From NCBI GenBank assembly GCA_963826715.1, contig CAWGYA010000008.1:1088001-1152000 (forward strand): a stretch of 64,000 nt of DNA, read 5' to 3'. The notes beneath the pieces were generated by a model. It searched no databases and was not told where the DNA came from. It saw nothing but the letters and a program-made list of their open reading frames with translations. Below, piece after piece: positions 30,562-44,357 of the stretch; position 1 is the stretch's first letter, and each line of letters starts with the position of its first letter. The DNA comes from Candidatus Bathyarchaeota archaeon (GTDB lineage Archaea > Thermoproteota > Bathyarchaeia > Bathyarchaeales > Bathycorpusculaceae). Made by a program: the position numbers and the translations under genes.

Positions 30562-30635
30562 AGCCTCGAGCGGGCCTTGCTCCCGCGGCCTGCTGCTTAC
30601 AAGGCAGCCGCTCTACTGGGCTGAGCTATCGAGGC
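30562..30635 (-). tRNA. tRNA-Thr(TGT), CCA not encoded
   Basis: Reverse complement GCCTCGA-TA-GCTC AGCCCAGTA GAGC-G-GCTGC CTTGTAA GCAGC-AGGCC-GCGGG AGCAAGG CCCGC-TCGAGGC-T. Confidence 0.88.
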
Positions 30636-31273
30636 ACCCAAATTTACCCAGATATACAGACACATTAAACTTTACCCAAATAAAAGTTACTGCCCCGAGG
30701 CATTAGTTGCACTGAAGGATTGATGTTGTGAGTGATTTTGTTTTAAGACAATTATATCTTTATTTTCTTTAAGACGGAATGAAATATTTCCTAACCTATA
30801 CCAAACATTTTGTTAGCGCCACCTAATCTCTACCTGTATTTTTGTAGGGGTGAGGAATGGATTTTTTTCTTATTTTATTTTTTAGAGAATCCCCTTTTGT
30901 GACCAGACACCAACTCTTTATAAACTCTTTATAGGCTTTAATTGATTTCTATTTTCCAAAGGATTAAAAATAAAATTGCAGGTATGTACCAGATGGTACG
31001 ACATGTTTTTATGATGGTTTGAAGCTATAATTGCTTCCCTATATGGGGCTCGCACCCGAAAATATCGGAGTGCACATGCAGAAGCGTAAGCATAACCTGC
31101 CAAAACACCGACGACCAACACAAACAATCGGCAACGATAGACTTATATTAACCGTTGACGCTTCTAATGCAATCCCAGTAACATGGGTTACACAAACAGA
31201 AAAGATGCAACTCCCCACCATAACACGATGGGGAGTGAAGCGGTGAATGGGCGCACTGGCGCTTAAAATGACA

Positions 31274-34483
<3,210 letters not shown>

Positions 34484-34738
34484 CTAACTGTTTGTTTTGT
34501 TTTTGCGTAAAATCTTTACAATAAGTTTCCAGTTATTGTGTTATCAATTAAGTACAACGAAACGTTTCTCAACGGGGATTAGACTACCAACTGCATTCTA
34601 CTTCGGATATGAGTTACTTTATACAAATTTTACCCAATCCTATTGCGGGCAATATAATTACTCATGTTTTGCAGACAATTTTGAAGTAACTTCTTTTTTA
34701 AACTTCATCTTTTTAGATTAGAGTTTAATGAATTTTAC

Positions 34739-35689
34739 TTATTCCTTTTTAATGTGGACCTGCGGGAACTCAGTTATGTTTATGGTAGAGGACGCAATCT
34801 TTATGTTTTCAGATTTTTCGATTTCCTCAAGGACCAGTCGGCTTAAGTGATCATGCATAGCCCGTCGTGTCCTAACTTCAGTTACATACCTGATTGGAAA
34901 TGTAATCCAGTTATCAGTTAATGCGATATATATGGCAGGTTCAAGTGATCGTTGAGTGAAATAGTATTTTCCCTCAATGCGCTCCATGGTTTTCTTTGAG
35001 TTTTCAGCCACAGGCGCGGTTTCTTTTCTAACAATGCTGAGGATTTTGTCTGCTGCATTTTTCCAATCGCTGCCGTAGGTTATGGGCAAGGTGAGTTCAT
35101 CCCACATGAAATCAAAGTCTTTAGTGTAGTTTTTAACAGTTCCAGTTAGGATGCCTCCATTAGGCACTGTGGTTAATCTGCCTGTGGCTTGATCGCCGCC
35201 AACCCAACCACGTGTCTCCATCAAGGTTGTATAGAAAATACTAATATCAATTACATCACCGAACAACTGATCGATTTGTACTCGGTCACCAACACGATAG
35301 ATGCCATTTACAAATATTATAACACCACCCATGAAATTCTTAAAAATATCTTGGAGGGCAAAGGCTATTGCGGCCCCAAGCAAACCTATGGTGATTAGGA
35401 TGTTTTGGGTTTCCACAATCCAAATGCTTATTGTAATAATAATGAAAATAGCTATGCTTAGGCCTGAAATGACTTTTCGAAGTGAATATCGTGTTTTAGC
35501 GTCTCTGATTCTGTTACTGATAAGGTCTTCAAACAGAACTTCGAAAATGAAATACACAACCGTTAAAGCGACAGCGGTGTATCCTGATTTTTCCATGTAC
35601 GTACTCGGATATTTGAAGCTGACTGCCCAAACTATTACGCTTACAAAAATTAGGCAAACTAAAACAGCAAGTCTGGATCGTCTAATCAA
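34739..35689 (-). CDS. mscS: Small-conductance mechanosensitive channel
   Basis: AIAFALQD...N..GG, YRVGDRVQI, GDV.DI, VPN. Confidence 0.9.
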   Translation of the reverse strand: MIRRSRLAVLVCLIFVSVIVWAVSFKYPSTYMEKSGYTAVALTVVYFIFEVLFEDLISNRIRDAKTRYSLRKVISGLSIAIFIIITISIWIVETQNILITIGLLGAAIAFALQDIFKNFMGGVIIFVNGIYRVGDRVQIDQLFGDVIDISIFYTTLMETRGWVGGDQATGRLTTVPNGGILTGTVKNYTKDFDFMWDELTLPITYGSDWKNAADKILSIVRKETAPVAENSKKTMERIEGKYYFTQRSLEPAIYIALTDNWITFPIRYVTEVRTRRAMHDHLSRLVLEEIEKSENIKIASSTINITEFPQVHIKKE

Positions 35690-36047
35690 CTTAATTCACT
35701 ACTACATAAACGGTGATAGAAGTATTTGATTTTTTTCGGTTTTTTAACTTTAAAGCGCCCATAAATATAATCCGCAAGGAGTTCACAATTACGCCTACTT
35801 GTTATAGAGATAAACAAGAATTAAGTAGTTAAAAAAGGTCGATGTTGAGTGATTTTATAGAGGGTGACTATGTTTAATTCACCTGAATCATTGGAAAAAA
35901 TTGTAGTGCGGAGGACTAATGTCAGGTGTGCTGGGTTATTGATGGTTATTTTAGGATTATTTTACATTGATTCTTTTGGAAACAATAGTTTGTGTTTAAT
36001 CTCAATATAGTCGTCTTAGCATCAAATTCATTGTCTCTTGTAGCTTA

Positions 36048-36590
36048 CTATAGGGGAATTTCCCAGTAACTGATAATGTCACCTTTTACCCATCTGCCGC
36101 CTATGCCTCGAACAACCTCATTAATGTCATCCCACTCGGTCTTAAGGAAAACTACAGGTTTTACAATCACGCAATCGTCTGTTACTGTGAAACTCAGTAG
36201 TTTACGCTGGTCTGGGCTGAATTCGTTTTCCATTTTAGCAGCATAACGGCTTGCTGGCGGCTGCGCTGCCTTTGCGACGGCGGGGCTGCTTTCAGGCTTT
36301 AGATCTACTATTTTTGGCTCCAAGGTTTTGACTGTCACGGTAGTTAGTGGAGGCTTCTCTTTTGTTTCTAAAACGAAGGGAACTGAGTTTATTTCTGGAG
36401 TCGGTGTTGTATCGGAGGTATTCTCGAATTTGCTGCTTTGAAGCAACAGAATGACCTGTTTTGAAAGTAAATCTACTTTGGCTTCTAAAAGTTCGGTGTC
36501 GTTTGGTAGGTTTGCTGTAACTTGATCTGCTTTGCCTTGTAGGATCTCGACGAGTTGTTGTGGGGTAATTTTTAGAATTTTAGTTTTCAT
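36048..36590 (-). CDS. Hypothetical protein
   Basis: 180-aa ORF with low-complexity linker and C-terminal WDDINEVVRGIGGRWV...YWEIP domain. Confidence 0.7.
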   Translation of the reverse strand: MKTKILKITPQQLVEILQGKADQVTANLPNDTELLEAKVDLLSKQVILLLQSSKFENTSDTTPTPEINSVPFVLETKEKPPLTTVTVKTLEPKIVDLKPESSPAVAKAAQPPASRYAAKMENEFSPDQRKLLSFTVTDDCVIVKPVVFLKTEWDDINEVVRGIGGRWVKGDIISYWEIPL

Positions 36591-36681
36591 GTGTCTTGCG
36601 CCAAGTTGGTTTTAGGAGTGGTTTAACTTAAAAGTATTGGACATGATTAAGGCAAAAAAGAGAATGAAAGGTGGTGGAGGC

Positions 36682-37266
36682 TTAATTTTTGTTTTTGCTG
36701 CGCCACTCCGAAAAGTTGCCGGTGTACATGCCCCATGTCCGCAGCTTCGGAGAAATTGCACGTATAAGTGCTGGGCATGTTATCAGAACTATGGGTAAGT
36801 TGATGAAGAACGTTGGAATTAGTACTGTGAAGGCTTCAGCTGTGGTAAATAGCTGTGGCAGAACTGTATACTGCAGTAGTATGTAGCTTGTGCCCGCTAG
36901 CAGGCTTACTGCAAGTGTAGCCAGCATGAGTGCTATTTTTCGTTTGTTTCCGTCTTCTGCAGCTCTTCTTGGAATAAGAACCCAGTTGATGAGGTAAATC
37001 AGTAGAGCTACGACTGACTCAAAGATTCCTAGTAACCCTAGTCCCTCAACGAAGGCTCCTCCTATGAAACCTCCGATCATTGCGCCAACTAATCCGCTCC
37101 AGCCAAACCAGACTGGAAATACTCCTAGGAGGATTATTGGCAGGTAGAGAAGGGTAAAGTTTGGTAGGGTTATGGAGTAGGAGAGGAAGAAGAATATTGT
37201 ATAGAGTGCAGCTGTTATAGCAATTATTGAGGCGCGTTTGGCGCTGCTCTGTTTTTGAGTTTTCAT
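36682..37266 (-). CDS. Multi-pass membrane protein, ECF S-component/QueT-like
   Basis: ITAALY...P.WFG..G.VGAMIG and 5-6 TM segments. Start placed at ATG 37266. Confidence 0.55.
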   Translation of the reverse strand: MKTQKQSSAKRASIIAITAALYTIFFFLSYSITLPNFTLLYLPIILLGVFPVWFGWSGLVGAMIGGFIGGAFVEGLGLLGIFESVVALLIYLINWVLIPRRAAEDGNKRKIALMLATLAVSLLAGTSYILLQYTVLPQLFTTAEAFTVLIPTFFINLPIVLITCPALIRAISPKLRTWGMYTGNFSEWRSKNKN

Positions 37267-37655
37267 ATAGTTACAATCCTTGCTTTTAGGGGGTTTGATT
37301 GGTTGTTTGCATAAAAGTATTTCCACTTGTATTACAATGGTAATACAATGTTATTGAATTTCAGCACATGAAATCAAATATTATAGCTGCGAACGAATTC
37401 ACGGTTAATTGGCTTGGGTTAACTGAAAAAAGATCAAATCCAAATCCAAAGCTTTCCGATTCCCTGGTGGATCATGTAGAATTATATCTATTAGATTAGA
37501 TGATTTCGATTTCTAAATTAACGTTTAAAGTTTTGAAGTGGTTGAGTAAGGTTACCACTCGCTTTAAAGCCATTCTGAATGTGCCAGTAACAAAGAAGTA
37601 TAAAAGATTCAATTCACCCTCTACTGTCGACTTATCTACCTCAAATCTGGTGACA

Positions 37656-38591
37656 ATGACAAAAAAGCAATGTGAAACCAAAATTCTGCTAATTTTCTTT
37701 GTCATTATCCTACTATCAATGAATGCATACACTGCCATTGTAGCATACCCCGAAACTCACACTCTGACGTCCGGCATCAACACTCAAGGTAGTATCTTAG
37801 CCAAAGATTTTTCAGCCTACTATGTGGCTTCATGGAGACTCTGGAACAACCCCGCTCACATCTATACTTTCGGTGCTCTGGGTGGTGCAGAACCGCTAAC
37901 TCCTCCTCATCCAGAAGCCTACAAGTACCTTCCTAACTTCCTTTTAATAACCACCCCATTTCTTGCCTTGGACTATCAGCAGGCGTTGTGGGTATTTGAC
38001 ATAGTGCAGTTCATGCTTCTTCCACTTATGGGGTATTTAATCTATAGGCTTCTCGAAGGGAAACATTGGGCGGCAACTCTTTCAGTTTTAGCCATCGCGT
38101 TGTTATTGCCGTTTCCAAATGCAGAAGGTAGCTTTTCGCTGAGTTACTATTGGCAATGGGGTGAGGGGCAAGCCAAAGTATTCTTAACTTTTCTGTTTCT
38201 TCTCAGCTTCTACTTAGGCAGCAAAAACAAGCCCCTTCTGTCTGGAATTGTGTTTGCGTTTGGTTTTTTTGACCCCCGATTTGGTATACTGGCGATTCCA
38301 CTGTTCGTTATGTATAATCGAAGAAATCTAAAAACTGCTGCTGTGTCTGTAGTAACTGCTTTGTGTCTGTCAAACTTTATGCTGCTATACCCTGGTATGG
38401 GTTTGGGATTCTTAGGAATGGTTTTTGGGTCGGGGATAACGACTCCGTTGTATTATTATTCATTGATACCGTTGTTTACACTGTTATCGCTTATGGTTGT
38501 GAATTTTAAAGAATTAGTTGCCGTATTCGATTATAAAGGAATTTTTGTCGGTTATTCAGGAACTAAAAAGAAAGAAAGAAAATTGGTTTAG
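37656..38591 (+). CDS. GT-C fold glycosyltransferase (GT87/DUF2029-like)
   Basis: KDFSAYY, YKYLP, GQ motif, many TM helices. ATG at 37656 after GGTGA. Confidence 0.7.
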   Translation: MTKKQCETKILLIFFVIILLSMNAYTAIVAYPETHTLTSGINTQGSILAKDFSAYYVASWRLWNNPAHIYTFGALGGAEPLTPPHPEAYKYLPNFLLITTPFLALDYQQALWVFDIVQFMLLPLMGYLIYRLLEGKHWAATLSVLAIALLLPFPNAEGSFSLSYYWQWGEGQAKVFLTFLFLLSFYLGSKNKPLLSGIVFAFGFFDPRFGILAIPLFVMYNRRNLKTAAVSVVTALCLSNFMLLYPGMGLGFLGMVFGSGITTPLYYYSLIPLFTLLSLMVVNFKELVAVFDYKGIFVGYSGTKKKERKLV

Positions 38592-38599
38592 ACATCTGA

Positions 38600-41500
38600 T
38601 TACGTCGGTGTTTTTCTTCGTTTTAGTAGAAAAGTCACAATCGCCAAGGCTATGCAAACAATTACTACTGCTATTGCCGAAATTGTGAGGGTAGAGGAAT
38701 CTATTGTTGTTGACTTTTCGCCACTTGAGAAAACCACTGACAGGCTGTGGATGCTAAAATGTATCGTAAACCAAACGTAGTAGTTGTTTCCATCTTGGGT
38801 GAAACCTTGATTTTCTGCGATTTCATTGTCTATAAAGACGGTGGGTTTTGTTCCAAAGTGTATCTCGTTTTTAGTTACGGTTATGTTTCCAAAACCAAAT
38901 GTTCCGTTTTCCCCTGTTACTGTGAAAGAGAGTGTTGTTATTTTCGCAGTTTGGTCTACTTGGATTTTAGCGTTGGAGATTTGTTTTGTGGTTATGTTTC
39001 CGCTGACAGTAAAAAGTTCGGTTGAGCCATCAAAAACTGTTATTGGTCCTTTGGTTGCGGAGGGTGTTGGAGTGGATGTGGGCTTTGGTGTTGGGGTTGA
39101 TGTCTGTGAAGTCGTGGGGTTTGTTGTTGAGCTAGTTGAAGGTGAAATAGATTCTGATGGCTGGGCTAGGACAATTATTGATGTCGTTGTTGAGGCTGTG
39201 TTTCCGGCTACGTCTTTTACAGTTAATAATGTTATGTATGTTCCAATGCTGGAGTATGTGTGGTTTGTTGTCACTCCTGTGGCAGTTGTGCCGTCGTCAA
39301 AGTCCCAGTGATAACTTGCTATGCCTGAGTTGTCGGTGCTATTACTTCCGTTTAAAACGACACTGTTTCCCAGGGTGATGGTTTGGCTGGAACCCGCATC
39401 CGGGGTTGGAGTTGTCATGTCAAGCACTATAGAAGCATCGTAAATTGAAGTTAATCCCGCATTGTCTCTGAATTGGACATAGACAACTTTTATAGCATCA
39501 TTATTTGGGAGTTGCCAAGTTTTAGAAATTGAAAAATTTTGCCAATCAGACCAAGTAACATTGTCATTGGAAAAACGCATTGTTGCTGCATTGGAGTTAT
39601 TGTCAGAGAGTGACAATGTCAGGTTAACTGTAGTATTATTGATGTATTGGGCACTGTTTTCGATTGTGATTGAGCCTGATGGGGGCGTAGTGTCAAGGAT
39701 TATGTTGGAAGTTGCAGTGAAAATAAGTCCAGCATTGTCCTTGATTTGGTAGTAAACTGTTTTTGATCCATCGCCTGTACTTAATGTCCATGTTCTGCTA
39801 TCTTTCGGCGTCTCCCATTGGGTGTTATCCCAGACGCCATTATTGCTGAATCTTACTTGATTTATTCCCGACGTCGCATCTGTGGCTGTTAATGATAAAG
39901 TGACCAAAGCAGAGCTAGTATATGTTGCTTCATTATTAATTTGGACAGATCCTGATGGCGGTGAGGTATCAAGAGTTATTGTGCTTGAGTATGTAATTGA
40001 TTGTAAACCTGCAGCATCTTTTACTTGATAATAAACTGTTTTCAATCCATCTCCAATAGTTAGAGACCAAGCTTTTGTGTCGAACGGGTTTTCCCATGGT
40101 TCTGTATCCCATACGCCATCATTGCTAAAGCGGACCTTATCAATGCCTGATGTTTGGTCGGTGAAGGTTAAAAATAATGTTACAAAAACTGATGTAGTGT
40201 AAGCACTTGTTTGGCTTATTGAAATTGAACCGAAGGGTTGGATTGTGTCTATTTGGAAGGTGAAACTTCCGTATGTGCTGTTGTTTGCTGCGTTGTCTTT
40301 GGATTTTACATAGAAGATGTGGGTTCCATCGGTTTGGGGTGTTAATATGACAGATTTCGTTGTGGTCCAGGTTTCTGGTCCATTATCTACTCGCCAGTAG
40401 TATCCTGCTACGCCACTTTTAGAGTCATTTGCTGACCAATTGAATGTGGGCGTATTATTTGTTAACCACCCAGTGAATCCATCGTCCGGATTAGGAATTG
40501 TAGGCGGGGTTAGGTCAAGGATGAAGGTCCAAGTTGGTGACCAATCGCTCCAGCCATTGATATTGTATGCTCTTACGTGCCATGTATAAGTGCCCTCAGT
40601 AAGGAACGTTAGCTGAAAAGAGGTGCTTGTTGTATTGTAAATCCCTGGTGAGGGTCCAGAAATTTCGATTTGATAGCTTGTGGCATCTGTAGAGTTGCTC
40701 CATCTGAACAAGGCGTTATTGCTTGCATTTACATAGTTGTTGGTCGGGGTTATTTGCGTTGGGGCAGAAGGAGCAGGTATATAGTTGTAATACAGGGTAT
40801 AATTACCCGTGCTTATGTTCAAAAGATTTTTTACTCTTAAATAGTAATATCCGCTTTCTAGTATCTGAAAATTAATACGGAATTGAAAGTTGCCTCCTAA
40901 ATCGTCATCATAGGTTAACAATTTTTGGTCAGAATCATATAGATAACCGTACGTATCCATTGAGCTATTTGTGTAGAATGTATAAGTGCCTGGGCTTGCG
41001 TAGAAACGGATATAGTCGTTGTCACCTGCAGGTTCTATGCTTCTCAACTGATGCTGCAAAGAAGTGGTCACTGTCATTGAACTGAATTGAGAGAAACTAT
41101 CATCAGGTTCGTAATTATCACCAATATTTAGTGTTATTGTGGAGTAGTGGTTTTTTCCTTCGCCTGTACCGTTAATGATAAATGTATAGTTTCCATGAGG
41201 CGCGATTGGGCTTGATTGAACGGTGAATGTAGAAGTGAACGTGGGGTTACCAGACTGCTGATTGAAAATAAATGAGAAATCAGAGGTTACATTTGTGCAT
41301 GATAACGAGACAAGTGTGGATGTTCCGCTAGTCAATGTCGATGTAATATTGTAAGTTGCTGAACCCTCTGGTGCTATTGTTTGAGAGTTGGGTGACGCAG
41401 AGAGCTGAAAGTCGAATTCAGTGCTTGATGACAAAATTTGGAGCTGATCTGTCCGCCATCCACTTGAAGCCAGTAGAGTACCATAACCAGGTGGTCCCAT

Positions 41501-43408
41501 CCAAACATTCCATGATACATCATAAGATCCTGGAGCTATAGTTGGGCTTGTAGCAAATTGTCTGTTTAGTGTATTGTCTCCGCCAAGAACTTTAACATAG
41601 ATGTCATTTGAGGTATCATTTATTTCATTGATTGTTCCGTGGAGGCGGATGGATGTACCTAGACCTATCTGAATTAGGGAATAACTGCTTGGATTGTTGA
41701 TGCTATAGTTTGTTGTTAATGTGGAACCACGTACAACACTTGAAGAATCTAAAAGAGGGTTCGTCAGCGAGATATCGCTATTTACACCAAAAAAGCTGGC
41801 AAAGTTGTGAAAATTAATTGACCCTAGACCAGTTACGGCATCCCAACCGGTTTGGACAGAGTAGTATCCATTGTTTCCATATCTATAGACGTCATGGAAG
41901 GAGACATTGTACCTGTTTGTTCCGTAAATGCTGTAGAATGCGTTGTTATCTAAATTCCAATTTCCATCCAAAGCAACTGCTGCAATACCTGCCATCAAAG
42001 GCGCGGATAGACTTGTGCCACCCCAACCGGTCTGTCTATCGCCATCAATGTAAATCGTAACCCCTGAGGCGGGATCGGCGTCAAGACAAATGTCGGGGAT
42101 GGCCCGCATGCCTGAAGTATTGGGAATACCTGCATTTGCTTGAAATGCTGGTTCCAAAAATATGTTAGAGTAACCTCCACCGCTTCCGCTCCAACCATTT
42201 TCAAAGTATTGGTTAGTCCCTTGGACTGTGTTGCTATAAAGTGTGGTTCCTCCGACCGCGATTACGTTTGGGTCTGATGCAGGATACTGGACGCTAATGT
42301 TACTTCCACCATTATAGGCACCGCTATCGCCTGTTGAAACAAAAACTTTGATTCCTTTTGCTGCAGCAGCTGCTAGAATGTGGGAATAACTGTTTGTTTC
42401 TTCACCACCGAAGCTTAGGGAGATGATATCTGGTGGATTAGTTTGTTGGACAAGGGTATTGATAGCTTGAAAAAGGCTGCTATAGTAGTTGTCAGGTGCA
42501 AGTTGTAGTATTATTGCAGCCTCGGGAGCCATTGCATGAGCCCATTCAACATCCAATGCTGTTTCAGTAGCCCAGCCGCTGTCTGATCCCCCTGTTCCAT
42601 TAATTGTTAAAGATAAGGCTGGAAGTCCAAAAAGAGAATTAAAGGCGTTTACGTCCGACACTATTGTTGGGTCGCCGTATGCATCTACGATGCCAATTGT
42701 TTGCCCTGCTCCAGTCCATCCATTTCCTATGGCAGTAGATATACCGTAGGCGCTCCTGAATTCGCTTGGTGCCTTATTGTATGCAAGCCCGGCGGGTTCT
42801 GCGAAATCTGATACTTTTGTAAGGAAGGGTTGGGCTGGAAAACTATTAATGTCGATTCCTGCGATATTGCATGAATTTAATTTACTTGGTACTGCGATGG
42901 TTTGTGAACTTGAATAAAACGTAATGTTTTGGTAAGAGTATAAACCGATTTGGGTTTCAAATGCTGTTGCGACATCGTCAACGGTGCCAACTGCGTTTAT
43001 TAGCAATCGATTTTGGCTTGTCGCAGTGACATTTATGTTGTGGGCTGAAAGGTAAGACAAAACTTGGTCGTAGTCTGCTTGATGGGGTGAATATTCTGTT
43101 TCAAATTCTTCCTCTGTTAATACGTTTTGTACTCCATACGTTATCATGCGAGAGCTATCTATGAAGTTCTGCAGTTTGTCATCGTTGCGTGTGCTAAAAC
43201 CAATTGCGAATTTAATTGTGCCCTCCGTCATTTCTCCTAAACTGGTCGTTTTCGCTGAGTCAAATTCTGGGGTTCTGGTGATTGATGCCGCAGGTTGATT
43301 GCTTTTGCTTTCGGAGAGACCGCTACTATTCGGCATTAAAATTTGCGCAAACAAGATGCAAAGAAGTATAATAACAAGTATCTTGTTTGAAGCTATTACT
43401 TTACTCAA
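38600..43408 (-). CDS. Cell-surface S53 (sedolisin-like) serine protease with accessory domains
   Basis: Signal peptide, pro-domain, ETALDVEW, STGDSG, GGTSLSAP, WDAVTGLGS. Then PPC-like, FN3/Ig-like repeats, PKD, S/T/P linker and C-terminal TM anchor. Confidence 0.9.
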   Translation of the reverse strand: MSKVIASNKILVIILLCILFAQILMPNSSGLSESKSNQPAASITRTPEFDSAKTTSLGEMTEGTIKFAIGFSTRNDDKLQNFIDSSRMITYGVQNVLTEEEFETEYSPHQADYDQVLSYLSAHNINVTATSQNRLLINAVGTVDDVATAFETQIGLYSYQNITFYSSSQTIAVPSKLNSCNIAGIDINSFPAQPFLTKVSDFAEPAGLAYNKAPSEFRSAYGISTAIGNGWTGAGQTIGIVDAYGDPTIVSDVNAFNSLFGLPALSLTINGTGGSDSGWATETALDVEWAHAMAPEAAIILQLAPDNYYSSLFQAINTLVQQTNPPDIISLSFGGEETNSYSHILAAAAAKGIKVFVSTGDSGAYNGGSNISVQYPASDPNVIAVGGTTLYSNTVQGTNQYFENGWSGSGGGYSNIFLEPAFQANAGIPNTSGMRAIPDICLDADPASGVTIYIDGDRQTGWGGTSLSAPLMAGIAAVALDGNWNLDNNAFYSIYGTNRYNVSFHDVYRYGNNGYYSVQTGWDAVTGLGSINFHNFASFFGVNSDISLTNPLLDSSSVVRGSTLTTNYSINNPSSYSLIQIGLGTSIRLHGTINEINDTSNDIYVKVLGGDNTLNRQFATSPTIAPGSYDVSWNVWMGPPGYGTLLASSGWRTDQLQILSSSTEFDFQLSASPNSQTIAPEGSATYNITSTLTSGTSTLVSLSCTNVTSDFSFIFNQQSGNPTFTSTFTVQSSPIAPHGNYTFIINGTGEGKNHYSTITLNIGDNYEPDDSFSQFSSMTVTTSLQHQLRSIEPAGDNDYIRFYASPGTYTFYTNSSMDTYGYLYDSDQKLLTYDDDLGGNFQFRINFQILESGYYYLRVKNLLNISTGNYTLYYNYIPAPSAPTQITPTNNYVNASNNALFRWSNSTDATSYQIEISGPSPGIYNTTSTSFQLTFLTEGTYTWHVRAYNINGWSDWSPTWTFILDLTPPTIPNPDDGFTGWLTNNTPTFNWSANDSKSGVAGYYWRVDNGPETWTTTKSVILTPQTDGTHIFYVKSKDNAANNSTYGSFTFQIDTIQPFGSISISQTSAYTTSVFVTLFLTFTDQTSGIDKVRFSNDGVWDTEPWENPFDTKAWSLTIGDGLKTVYYQVKDAAGLQSITYSSTITLDTSPPSGSVQINNEATYTSSALVTLSLTATDATSGINQVRFSNNGVWDNTQWETPKDSRTWTLSTGDGSKTVYYQIKDNAGLIFTATSNIILDTTPPSGSITIENSAQYINNTTVNLTLSLSDNNSNAATMRFSNDNVTWSDWQNFSISKTWQLPNNDAIKVVYVQFRDNAGLTSIYDASIVLDMTTPTPDAGSSQTITLGNSVVLNGSNSTDNSGIASYHWDFDDGTTATGVTTNHTYSSIGTYITLLTVKDVAGNTASTTTSIIVLAQPSESISPSTSSTTNPTTSQTSTPTPKPTSTPTPSATKGPITVFDGSTELFTVSGNITTKQISNAKIQVDQTAKITTLSFTVTGENGTFGFGNITVTKNEIHFGTKPTVFIDNEIAENQGFTQDGNNYYVWFTIHFSIHSLSVVFSSGEKSTTIDSSTLTISAIAVVIVCIALAIVTFLLKRRKTPT

Positions 43409-43665
43409 TTTACTCTGTTCCTTTGCAAGCTAGCTTAAAGTTTACGCACTTAAGCTTTTTTGAAAATTATTGAAAAGCTAAAGAAATAGACTAAGAGGGA
43501 AATTATGAGTCTTTATACTCCTTTCCCCAAATTCTAATTAGAAGGAATAAGTGGCCCTGAGATGTCCCAGTCCTTTTTGCCGACTAATTATCAGCTTAAG
43601 AATTAAATATTAACGAATGGGGATACAGAAGCAGATACTCAAACATTCACCAGTGCCTTTTCTGG

Positions 43666-44163
43666 TTAAATGTGCTGGCTGATTAGTTTAGTGAGATCTA
43701 TGGCTGAGAGGTCGTAATTGCAGTGGGGACAGGTTTTTTGGATTTCCTGATTGGCTCCAACCTTAAGTGCGGAACCGCAGTGGCAGCAGAAATATGTTAG
43801 TGTTTGTCCTCTTTTTTGTAATTCTTCAATGAGTTCATTAATTGTCAATGGACATGAAGGTGTTTCCTTAATTTTTTTCCGCACATCTGCTTTCTCTTTT
43901 ACCTGTGCAACAACTGTTGGGTCAGTGCTGGTTGTGAAAAATTCGCATTTAGCGTTCTGTACATACGGTTCTTCTAGGTCGGTTCCAAAGAGTGTGCAGG
44001 AGCCCATATGGAAGAAGACACAGGCTAAACAACTGTTTTTTCGGTATTCGGCGTCGAGGGTTTTGTAGCATGAGGGACAAACTTCCACTGTTTTGCCATC
44101 TTTAACGCTGCTTAGGGGGATGCCTCGGTATGGTTGACTGCATACTTGACAGATAGACTTCAT
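43666..44163 (-). CDS. Cys-rich multi-zinc-ribbon hypothetical protein
   Basis: CQVC, CPSC, CLAC..C..C, CCHC, CPHC. Confidence 0.7.
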   Translation of the reverse strand: MKSICQVCSQPYRGIPLSSVKDGKTVEVCPSCYKTLDAEYRKNSCLACVFFHMGSCTLFGTDLEEPYVQNAKCEFFTTSTDPTVVAQVKEKADVRKKIKETPSCPLTINELIEELQKRGQTLTYFCCHCGSALKVGANQEIQKTCPHCNYDLSAIDLTKLISQHI

Positions 44164-44357
44164 GATGTTCAGAATTGAAACGTTGCTGATTGCTTATTTG
44201 TGTTTTCCAAATAAAAACTCCATTTGCTGAATAAAGGAACGAACTAAAGTAACTTTAGTGGGTTCACTACTACTTTCATAATAGTTTCAGTGACTTGTAC
44301 TTAAGGCGCCTTAGTTTGACTAGGAAGTTAAACTTTGAATGAAGAACTTCCTTATGG

